A stretch of DNA of 60,150 nt, filler included, from Bipalium vagum (lineage: Eukaryota), in assembly GCA_037834085.1 (NCBI GenBank). It is 3 parts of 3 records of this genome, joined end to end, with 100 filler letters (N's around TTAATTAATTAA, not from the genome) between each part and the next. Parts side by side here need not be neighbours in the genome. Positions count along the whole stretch, not along the records: positions 16,260 to 36,721 come from JBBMKC010252747.1; positions 36,822 to 60,150 come from JBBMKC010210152.1; 1 more part is not named here. The stretch is one strand, 5' to 3'. The position numbers and the translations under genes are program-made. Below are positions 28,480-39,800 of this stretch, one piece after another. The notes below the pieces were generated by a model. It worked only from the letters and a program-made list of their open reading frames with translations, was not told the DNA's origin and made no database searches. Numbering within the stretch: the first letter of the stretch is position 1; each line of letters opens with the position of its first letter.

Positions 28480-28981
28480 ATGAAAAAAGTCGGTCTTAAT
28501 TACTTATTAGACAACACCAGATCACAAACATCTTTAATGTTTCCAAAAATTGATTGAACTTGCTTAGGAAGTTTTGATGCATATACTCCAGCCATACCAT
28601 TTCGGACTGTCATTTGTTTTTGTTTCTGCAGAATTTTCTTAATGCGGTTTCAATCAAACATGCCCAGATTTATAATCAGAAATCTTAGAAATACTAAAAT
28701 GATAGAATTATGAATTTACCAGATAAATACAGGAAGGTTATCGAACAAAATAGAACATGTTTTGCTTAATAAAGTTTATTTGTTAAATGTTAAATTGTTG
28801 TTTGCTTTTTCTTTTATAGACGCAGAAACTTTTAGGTTGCTTAATGTTAATATAATACAATATAAATTAATAAAAATTTTTAATGAAGTGTAAGCTTTCG
28901 AATAGTACAAAAATATAAGTAATATATAAACAAATTGTTCATTAAAATTTATTAGAACATAATATTTCCACAAACCTAGTA
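28480..28981 (+). mobile_element. Mariner 3' fragment
   Basis: EVLMH...SDCHLF...RIMNLPDKYRKVIEQNRTCF corresponds to the mariner C-terminus. Ends in a TIR-like caaacctagta. Confidence 0.55.
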
Positions 28982-29499
28982 ATATTATTTTAGTAATAGA
29001 CTTTTTAAAAATATTTCGAGATCTCTGGAATGATAAGTGTTGATTTAAAAAAGAAGATCTAAATTTATCAGTTGTTCCAATGAGAACGAAAACATCACCT
29101 TTTTCTATGAAATAAAACTAAGATTTTTAGAAACGTTTTAAAACTTTACAAACTAATCCAAATTCCTGTGGTATTTACAGTAACCATTATGAATAATGGT
29201 TATTGACAAATTTTTATATTTTTGATTTTATATCTGAGAAAAGATAAGAAAAACAAATTGTGTCCAGATTTTTTTAATATTTGAATGATCAGTGACTTGA
29301 ATTGTACAGATTTTAAGTTACCAGCGCGTTAGCTTTCAGATGCTAAGCCAACATAAGAGTTGGTAAAATCACATGTAATATTATAAACTCGTTTTATATA
29401 AGCCAATATGAAATTTCATATATGAGGATTAAGCAGATGTACATAGAGACGCAATTATCATTATCAGTACCATGTGAATTTTTAATTTAAAGATTATAT

Positions 29500-30300
29500 T
29501 TGTATCATTATGTTGTAACATAATTTTTCGTGATTGTGAATGATATACATAAGCAATAAAAATCAATTGATAATGTAATTTTCGGTATTATTTAGGACTT
29601 TCTCTCATCTGTCAACTTGTATTCCAGAAAGCGCTAGATCTATTCTGAAAAAGTCGGTCTATAATTTTTAAAGGTTATCCTTAAACGTAATGCCTTTTAT
29701 TTGGGTAACAAAGTTTTTATGTTTTCTCTTCATTAAACCGAAAATTTTCAAATGAGATATAATTTCAGCTCAATTTTCAGATCATGAAATCTGGTACGAG
29801 ACTGGCCCAATACCATAAAATAAAGATCTTAATTTCTTGGGATGCAAATCTTTTTTTAATTGTTGAGTTGATTGGCAAAGCAGATGCCAACAACTCCTTC
29901 TGCTTCAGGTTTTGAACGAACTCTATTTCTCATCTGTCGGACGATTCGAGGACTACATTTTTCCTTATGATTGCTTGCTGCTCGTTGTTTGGTAATATTT
30001 TAAGCTGCAATTTTTGAAGGATTTTCTTTTTTGCTTTTTCATTCAGTCGATATGGTATTAATACACAAATATGCATTTCTTTATGCTAGGTGGCGGAAGA
30101 CTTATCGAATTAATGTTGATCCTTGGAAACAAATATCTGCATGTTCCATGAGCATCCTCTATCAAGAATGAGATCAATTGTTCATCCTTGAAATTGGATG
30201 ATCAAACAGTATGTGGAGTGTTTTGAAGGTTACAAATGTACCAATATAATTTGTAAATTCATATATAATTAATTTCATGTACCAATATTTTGCACAAGTC
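29500..30300 (-). mobile_element. Possible decayed piggyBac-like transposase
   Basis: DEQLISF...RGCSW.MQI (cf. DEQLLGFRGRCPFRMYI), with later FG.. and IAYVY-like remnants. Very degraded. Confidence 0.4.
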
Positions 30301-32326
30301 CAAACCAAAGTAAGTTTTCCGTACATATTATAAATTTCTTAGACCGCTTCTAGCCCTTATTGAAATAAAATACTAACACCTGGCGGAGAGTATTGTTGAT
30401 AAACAATGGTACAGCATTTCAAAATTGTCATATTAAAGTAAAATGAAATGACATTAAAAACTTTACTGTATTACTGAACTTTTATAAACACAAGAAAATT
30501 GGTGATAGTAACAAGCATTAATAGGCTGAATCAGAATTGATGATTGTTAGTAAAGGCGTCTTTAAATTCATTAAAATTGGATATACTTTAATCAATTCGA
30601 AACTCATGCATATCGTATTGTTTTGTAGAATACATCAAAGGAAAGGCAATTAACTCTTGATACGTGGTTTTAGACTTCCTACATAAACTATTTTACACGA
30701 TTTCTATGGTTTTTTTACTGTTTAATTTATTATATTTTTAATATCACGAATAATGATACAAAGTAGGTCTCTAGTTAATATCGTGATTTTGTTCTCTAAC
30801 GGATGTTGTTATGTTAAGTGGGTTACACTGTATTATAATAAGTATTTTATCTTAGATGATACTAATATATGAAATGTTTGATAAAATTTAATAATTTAAA
30901 GTAAGAAAATAAATTATTAAAAAAACTTTGAATATTGAGTGGATGTTAATAATCATAAGCAGCTTTTATTGATTTACACTTAATTTATCATCATTTTAAA
31001 GATTTCCAGAGTACAATGCCATATTTACATTTACTAAGCCAAAATTATGGGTCCAAGAAATTATAACTTGTTGCGGACTACTCATGGGAAAATATATTTA
31101 TTTAGAAAGCAATTTTAAGATTTTTTTTATTAATATAGTATCAAAAAGCCTCACAGAGATGAATGAACCACAACAAATAAATATGGTTTTCGCTGAGAAT
31201 TTGATTATGACATGAGACACATTAAGAATATTGATATAAAAAATGGTGTCCCTTTCAAAGTAAACAGTCGGCCAAATTTAGTGAATACTTTTTAGATCAG
31301 CGGATCACTAAAATTATTTGTCCTTTGGGAGGAATGGTAGAAATGTATACTTTCATCGAAAATTAATTTCGATTCAAGATACTTTGAATTCAAAATTCCT
31401 TCGACCTGACAGAAATCAGATAACAATTGTTTGAAATAAATAAACTGAATACGTTCAACTCTAACGATTATTTTTTGAAATGTCAGGGTGTCAAAATCAT
31501 CATTCGATACTGATAATGACATCGACTCAAACATATTTGAACAGAACTTTCAAGATCTCCGACGAATTTTGAGAGTCAATCAATAAAAGAATAATTTAAT
31601 GTAAATATCATATCCGTTGAAAATTGAACTTCCGAATAATAATTTTCCGAAATCAACAGGTATATACTGTCAGCCAAAATTCGATCACTTTAATGATGTC
31701 GCCTTTGATAAATCGAAAAAAATGTAAATTGAAAAAAGAAACAAATTATATTTATTATTAATAACGACTAGTAAAATTGATTTCCACTGTTCTTAACGTA
31801 GAAATGCCCATCTCATCTCGTTGTCGGGATTCTATTTTGGCATGGAGGGTAACGGGGAGGGGGCGCAAACACATTTAATTTGTATTCAATGTCAATTTTA
31901 ATCAATACCATAAAAAAGGGTGTAAAAATCATTACACAGACACACAAACAGAATAATGATAAAAATAATAATGTAAATATTCGATAAACTTCATTTCCGA
32001 CACGTAATCTGCTATTTATCAAAAATCAATAACATCGTTGTTAGTAATATTAATAGATCGAACCATCGATCATCAAAGCACAAAAGCACATCAGTTTTAA
32101 AAGGAATTACAGCAATAATAGAAATAATAATAACAACAACAGAACAAGGGCGAGCAACCGTGACATACGGCTATTTGAGGTTTGGGCAAAACTCTCTCCA
32201 TCGCAACGACAGAACTCATCATATGAGTCGAAATGTTTAACGTCTGTAGAATTATCGATTTTCGTCTTGGTCGTCAAAAAACCAGTGAGAACATATCGAA
32301 AAACGAAAATCGATAGAGGCGATCCA

Positions 32327-32671
32327 TTAGGAGATTTTATGAGAGGTCAGCCATGTCAAACCCTCATAGAGACCGTCGCCCGAAGTCGCACAGGCTGGTT
32401 GAACGTACCAGATCCGGCCCCCCGTTAATCGGGTCAGCCCCAGACGTTCCTGGATTTCGTTGGGCCGCAGTGACTCCTTCAAATCTTGCTTGTTGGCGAA
32501 TACTAACAGAACGGCTTCACGCATTTCGCGATCGTTTATAATCCGATGCAGCTCTTCGCGAGCCTCGTCCAGTCGTGTGTAGTCGGCGCTGTCGATCACG
32601 AATATCAGGCCCTGAGTACCCGTGTAATAATGCCTCCAAAGCGGTCGAATTTTTTCTTGGCCTCCAACGTC
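32327..32671 (-). CDS. ARF6: ADP-ribosylation factor 6, exon 3
   Basis: [60 protein letters not shown]...[30 protein letters not shown]6-diagnostic HYYTGTQG and CATSGDGL. cag acceptor at 32672-32674. Confidence 0.97.
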   Translation of the reverse strand, partial: DVGGQEKIRPLWRHYYTGTQGLIFVIDSADYTRLDEAREELHRIINDREMREAVLLVFANKQDLKESLRPNEIQERLGLTRLTGGRIWYVQPACATSGDGLYEGLTWLTSHKIS

Positions 32672-32723
32672 CTGTCAGTGGTCGGTCAACAAAAATACCT
32701 TTATCATCAATGCAATAAAATCA

Positions 32724-32849
<126 letters not shown>

Positions 32850-32880
32850 TCAATTTCATCATGCCAATCTAAAAATTCAC

Positions 32881-32962
32881 TTGTTTTTCCAGCACCATCT
32901 AGTCCGAGCATTAAAATTCTCATTTCTTTCTTTCCCAGTAACTTTGAGAATATTTTGCCCAT
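32881..32962 (-). CDS. ARF6: ARF6 exon 1
   Basis: [27 protein letters not shown], with myristoylation Gly2 and the P-loop. The total protein is 176 aa. Confidence 0.97.
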
Positions 32963-33865
32963 TATTTACAATAAATTCTGAACTCGGTTTATTATCTAAA
33001 ATTCACAATTAATAAATGAAAGTAATAGATAATTTTTACAGATAATTGGCTAGATTTTAATAAATTTTTAATATAACACTTGATTTTTTCAAATCAAAAT
33101 CTGTAACAAAAACATTGCCATTACAAATTAAATTCCGACTATTTAAGAAAATAAATTGTGATTATTCAGTTAAACAAAATTTATTTTTGTAAAATTATCA
33201 TCAGTCATTTAAGTTTTATTAATAGAAAAAGTTCTCAATACAATCTTATATATATTTTTAATTTTAATAAAATATGCATAAAATTTTCACTGTTAATACA
33301 TAATTATTTTCATTGTTGATTTAATATTTTTTTAATTATGAAAATTTATATTAAAATCATTTTTGATTTTTGTTCTCAAAAATAATTTTTACGAATTTTA
33401 CAAATTATAATTGGTTTGACCATTATTTTACTAATATGTGGTTGGATATTAAAACAGAAATATTTGATATGAATCTGTCATCTTCTATCAATTAAATTTC
33501 AGTCATACAAACATAATTTACACATTTATGCAAGTAACATTTTTCATGTATATATAAATAACGACCAGGAAATATTACTCTTGGTTGTGCCAAGAAACCA
33601 CATTCAATTCAAGTCGTATAATCAAAAAATACAATGGTTGTTAATTGAATTTGAACATTTTTCATGCTCATTAATTCACTAAAAGTTGTAACATATGATC
33701 CATTATTGAATCTGGGTCAATTATCTTTAATTGACTATAAAAAGCATCTTCAAAAAAAATTCGCAAATTAAACTTCAGATGTTTATTCACATTTAAGAAA
33801 CATTTATGATTGTATATTCAACTCTACAGAAAGTCGATATTTTGGATCTAATTTGACAATTTTAA

Positions 33866-34400
33866 ATGACTTTTCCTCAAATTAATATCAGTTATTCTGA
33901 TGCCTCCTCGCTGTTTAATTATATACCAAATACTTCAATCAATATCAATACACCATTTATTGATCCTGTTCAATGTGGAGCTTTAAATTCGTTTATTAAT
34001 AACCAGCAGCCTATGACCTGTGCACAACCTATCATGGTTTTTCCTTATTTTACAAATTCAAATTCCAACTTGTCTAATACGATTAATAGTTATATATCAA
34101 GAGATATTAATTCTTCTAATGGAATCAAGGTATAATATTATCACATCTTTTGCGATAAGTGACTAGATCAATACTTAATTTTAGAGATCAATTCAAGATC
34201 TTAATTATAATTCTTTTATGACTTCAAGATGTAATGTCAGTAGTCATGAAACAAAAAAAGTAAGAATTTTCGTTGATTGTATTTCGAGTGTATTAAAACA
34301 AAGAAATATTTTCTGTTTGGATCTAAATATCAATTCCAAAATCGAAAGATATTACTTTACTTTTTATAAAACTATTTTCCGATGTTATAATAAAGTATAA
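33866..34400 (+). CDS. Candidate two-exon orphan gene (33866-34129 + 34185-34400), about 159 aa, N/S/P/Q-rich N-terminus
   Basis: Two adjacent ORFs join in frame through a 55-nt AG|GTATAA...TTTTAG| intron, the size class of the real short introns here. No recognisable domain. Confidence 0.38.
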
Positions 34401-34901
34401 AATGTTAAAGTGATATATTATTTTATAATTATAAAATCAAAAACATTTTGAAAATAAATTTACCAAAAAAATTTAATTTTAACTAAATTATTTTTGTATT
34501 GATTTCTAAGGGACTTTCAAATGAAACTTTTTCAAAAAGAATTCAAAAATAAATAAAGTGATACATGAAAAATATTTTCGAACTTATTTAATATTGGATT
34601 AATTAAAAAATTAAAGTTTTGAGATTATAAAATTTTTTTACTAATAGTTTAACGAAATTTAATCTAATTAATTTGAAAATTATCGTTTTTTTACCTTTTT
34701 TTTAGTTCTTTTCTAACAGATAAAAAGTCAAATTAGACTTTTCCAATTTATTATAGAATATATACTTATAAATTATAAGTATACATTATATATTATAAGT
34801 ATGTATAAGTTATAGCACTTTAAGATAACTTTATAATAACAATAAAAAAATAAAAATAAATCAATTGTACAGAAAAAAATAATAATATTAATATTAATGT
34901 A

Positions 34902-34960
<59 letters not shown>
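34902..34960. repeat. (AAT)n microsatellite
   Basis: About 19 perfect AAT units. Confidence 0.95.
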
Positions 34961-34963
<3 letters not shown>

Positions 34964-35129
34964 AAAGAAATGTTTGAATAATAAATAATAAATTAGATTC
35001 CAAAAATTATATATTTAAAATATCTTTTGTACTTGTCCAAGTTATTAAAGAAAATTATATTCTCCAACTGTCACTTTAAATCTGTTTCTCAATAAAATAA
35101 TTCGTTTAATTCGTTTTTAATTGAGATTA

Positions 35130-35900
35130 GAAAATAAACATAATTGCATGAAAATCTGTCCATCAACTTGTTCATAATTACAAAAGAAAAATATCACATT
35201 TTAAAGATGTTAATTCGTTCTTCAATTGTTTCAAAGCTTTTTACACAATAAGGCAGACAACCTGGATTGCGGAAGCTGAATGAAGTAAAACGCTTGTTTT
35301 ACTACTTGCAAGACATCGAGAGTGAAATTATCATTCAATGTCATAGACAAAATTCAATAAATGTCTGCTTTAATCGTTTTTTCTAAAATCATATAAAAGT
35401 ATTAAAAACAATGAAATGTGTTGACAACTTTCGATGGGTTTTCTCAAAACACGAATATCGTCACTGGTTTTAAAGGCTCAGAAAATTAATTTTGTTTTAA
35501 TTAATCACCGAAAATCTTTTTTTGATAATTATTGATTTCATTGTTACATTTCTTTGAACTATTTCAAAGGGTTTTGACCATTTCACAAAATACATTAAAT
35601 AGAATTTTATTCTTTACAATAAAACTAATTATGGCCATAGTCTTTAACCATAGTGATTTAACCATTCGTCATTTGTGGACAATATTCAAAACTTTGCCAT
35701 AAACAATATTGAATTCGTCAATATCATCAAAGTTAGATGCCCTTGAAGAGTGATCATTGACGAGTATAGATAAGTATGGAAGGTATCCCGTCTTAGTTGC
35801 ATGCTTAAACAGATGAGCATCAAACAGCAGCTCATCAAGTTTTTAGATTGTTTTGAAGGGTTTTTTCATCATCCTGTAGAAGACTATATACACTAGTGCT
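35130..35900 (+). mobile_element. Possible decayed hAT (Buster/SPIN-like) transposase
   Basis: Faint ordered remnants KDVNSFF, ADNLD, IIQCHRQN, KGFDH and VDNIQNFAI. Very degraded. Confidence 0.3.
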
Positions 35901-36652
35901 AAGATTTGTTTTATTTTTCACGGACTTATTGAGCCGCCGCGTATAATTGAATAAACCGCGATTAAAAGAACTCAGAATGTCATCTACCGGTAGTATCAAC
36001 ACTGAGGAAAACAGTAAATGAGAATAAACCGGTACAAATTTTAATTATAATTAATTATTTATACTCCTCCTCTGAAATAAAAGCTTAAACTGACTTCTTC
36101 TTTGAAATATACCAAACTATTTTAGTTCAATTTATCTCGTCTTATTTTTCTCGTTATAGTTTTGATGACTGTTATCAAACTCTGAGGGTTTTGAATTGGT
36201 CCTCAGCCATAAATGATACCCGATTCGTTATGATAACTTAAAACAAAAAATACACGATTATTGCCTTTTTAGAAAAAGTACCACAATAAAAATCCGCAAA
36301 AATCGAAAAGTTGGACGGATAATTTTCTTTTTGATGTTGACTTTGGTTTTTTATTAAAAAAAGTTTTGTTAAAAGGTCTTTTAATTTTACGCTAGAACAA
36401 ATATTAATTCATTTGAAAACATGAAAAATGATAAACATTTGTAATACTTAATATTTTAATTAATACTGTACTGTTAAAGTGCTAAAAGTACATATTTTTG
36501 TTTTAATGTGATTTTTCTTTCTAGCTAGGTTTTAAAAATTTACCAATATTATCTTAGATTATGTAAAAATGGATTTTATATGATAATTAATAAAAGAAAA
36601 TATTTAATTAAATAATAAATTCTTCTAAAGAATTAATTAATAATTCGTTTAA

Positions 36653-36654
<2 letters not shown>

Positions 36655-36721
<67 letters not shown>

Positions 36722-36821
36722 NNNNNNNNNNNNNNNNNNNNNNNNNNNNNNNNNNNNNNNNNNNNTTAATTAATTAANNNNNNNNNNNNNNNNNNNNNNN
36801 NNNNNNNNNNNNNNNNNNNNN

Positions 36822-36880
<59 letters not shown>
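36655..36880. repeat. (TTA)n - artificial linker gap - (TAA)n
   Basis: Microsatellites end both contigs. N block 36722-36821 contains TTAATTAATTAA at 36766-36777. Confidence 0.92.
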
Positions 36881-39800
36881 GCAATAATAACAATAATTTA
36901 ATTTTACGAGAAACGCCAAAAATCTTTCACAAAGGTAGAGAGAGACTTTCTGGAAAACAAACAACTTATTACTTTAATTTTTGATATTAGACAACTTTTG
37001 TATTTTAATATGTCCGGCAGCGATTTTGTTTCATCATACTTCTCCTTTACGGTAATAGGAAAATTAATTTATGCCATCCTTCATATTGGCAATGGATTCT
37101 TTTCTAGCTGGAAATTATAAAGGGGAAATCTTTTTATAATTAATTATTTATTGCGATTTTAAAAATTGCAAATCCATATACCATGAACCGTTGGAAATTT
37201 ATACTTAAAATATTTTCATTTTTTTAAAACGAAAAATTCTTTTCATTTTTTATTTTACTATATTCATATAAAAATTTATATATAAATACCGTAGACGTTA
37301 AAGAAAATAAATAATATCTTATAAATATTGAAATATTTATTTATATATAAATAGAAATTGATTTTATTTATTTTTAATGTGAAAATATATATTGAGTAAT
37401 TTTAAAGCAGCGTAATTTTTAATATATTTTTTTTGTTTTAATGTTGTCATCACAGTTGTCCACTCGTTCGGGTTTCCGATCAGTAATCCCCTCTTACACA
37501 GACGTTCGAGCTGTTCTCCCAAATCGCAGCCAGTTAGAGTCAATTAATTTATTTCTTCAGAATCCAAGTTATTTGTGACGGATTTTGGAGGCCAGCTTTG
37601 TAGTAGTTATTATTATAATTAGAATACTAAAAGGAAAAATATTCTGTTTCCTTATTGATCACATTATTGAATTTCATTCGTTATCAAAGAAATCGGAAAG
37701 GAAATATTATATTCTTGAAGCTGTGAGAATTTCGCAAAAAAGTTCAAGAGGTCCGAGGTACCCTTTAATAAAACGTCACCCAGCACCACTACCGACAATA
37801 GGAATATAAGAATAAATGAAGAAGTAATGATATATAATGATAAAATAAATTAAATTTTAATCGGAATATTTTAAGCTTTCAGCTTACCGTGGTAATCATG
37901 GTAAAAATTATCTTTCAGAAAATGTGTTGTGTATATGATTAAATTATTAGAAATAAATAATAGGAAAATCGTATAATATATATATAAATAAAATACACAG
38001 GGAAAGCCCATAAAATTCAGGACACTAATTAATGTATAAAAATGAAAATCTCCTTTCTAGTCTCTAAATATAATTATTAATTTACAAATAATTAGAAAGG
38101 AATAAAATATTGAAAACTCTTTCTAATTATTTATATTTATGGTCTCATTTTATGATTTTTGCCCCTCACTTTTTCCCAATGAATTACTTTGCAAAACATG
38201 AGACTTTCCTCAAATCTCCGTGGAAAAAGGAAATTATTTCTCCAAATTCTATTAAAATATCTTGTCAAAATAATGTACGTGGAAAATTTCGTCATTCATC
38301 CTTGTTAAAAAGAAAATTATTACATTAAAAATAAAAAAATAAAATAAAATAAAATTTAATATTGTTTTGTTTATTCACTACTCCTCACTGGGAATAAGGA
38401 ACGAACCAGTGAGGCGAATGATTAGCTTCAACTGCACACAGTAGTACGAAACGTATCCTTTTCAAGCATGTTTTTCCTGGGTAAAGGAATTTCGATATCA
38501 TTGTATCCTTTATAACTGGTGATAATGTGGACAAGAAAAATGTATTTGATATAGGATGTATTTCCCAGTTTAATAAAAAAAAATAATTCCAGATTAAGCC
38601 ATTTTTCCGTTTTGTTTAAATGAATACAATATGAACTCCGTCATTATTAGCTATAAAATATCAACGAGCGTCACACTAACGGAAACGGAAGCACAGAAGA
38701 GATTGAATAAAATAAAAGAAAACTGTGATAAAAGATAAGAAAAGAATGGAAGGAAATAATTTCCATTTTTATTATCATATTATTATTATATATAAATATA
38801 TCTTTTCCAATTTCCAGTGGAAAATGTCGGGCAATTTGCAAAAGTGTACGTACTGAAGAAACTTTGCCCATTTCTATTATCCGGCAGAACGATGGTCAGG
38901 AAAAATATCCCAAAATTTTAATCAATCACAATTGACTTGGCTTCATCAGAAATAACGTCTTCTATCAAAATGTAAAAAAGAAATAATTTTATCACGGCAA
39001 TAAGACAGTGAAAAGTAATTTATTTTCATCCCATTAAAACAAAAATATTACATCCATACATTTTTGGAGGATTTTAGAAAAATCATTTTCGAAGCGTTTT
39101 TCTTTTGTCATTTCAAATTTTTTAAATTAATTAATGATTCAAATAGTTTTTTGTTTTTAATCTGAAACACCATAATAATAATAATAATTAATATTATTAT
39201 TTAATTGATTATTATTTAATTGATTATTATTTAATTAAATTCGATTTTTTAAATTAGAAATTGCGACTTAGGTCATTATTATGCAAAAGGATAAAAAACA
39301 ACGCTTTCAAAACCCATTTTGTCGTGGGATACCATGAATAATTGTTTTAACTTAACGTATTATTTTATTTATTTGAATTTTATATTTTATATTTAGTATT
39401 TCGATAATAATAATTTTATTTTATTAAATATTTTTTAGAATATTATATAATAATTTTTAACTTAGATAAACTTTCAAAAAAATATTTAAGTTTTTTATTT
39501 ATTTTTGTTTTAATAAGCTGAAAATTGAATCGATTTAACAATTTGTCAACCCTCTACCAAACTCGTTACACCTTTACCGTTATACCTATAGTCATAAATA
39601 TAAAATAAAAGTAATTTTTTATTAATGTTTATTTTATTTCGATAAAATCTTCTCGTTGGATCAAAGCAGTCCGTATTGGAATGAAAGCAGAAATTCTGAT
39701 ATAGAGAGATAATTGAAAAACCATGTCAGAATCAATGGTATTGTTATTCAGTACTGATCGAATGCAGTGAAAACTGAGGTGGAAAGTCGAGAGAAAAGTG

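Noticed and set aside
31292-31534. 80-aa ORF downstream of ARF6
   Set aside because: No motif or splice support; more likely UTR or intergenic.
31655-31715. SH3-like peptide FIKGDIIKVIEFW on the - strand
   Set aside because: It is very short, closed by a stop, has no other SH3 residues and probably lies in the ARF6 3' region.
34773-35003. Poly-Ile ORF (and the poly-Tyr ORF at 36770-36964)
   Set aside because: These are translations of (ATT)n microsatellites and N gaps.
37495-37540. Neuropeptide-like NWLRFGR on the - strand
   Set aside because: There is no start codon, signal peptide, upstream basic cleavage site or splice acceptor in frame, so it is likely chance.
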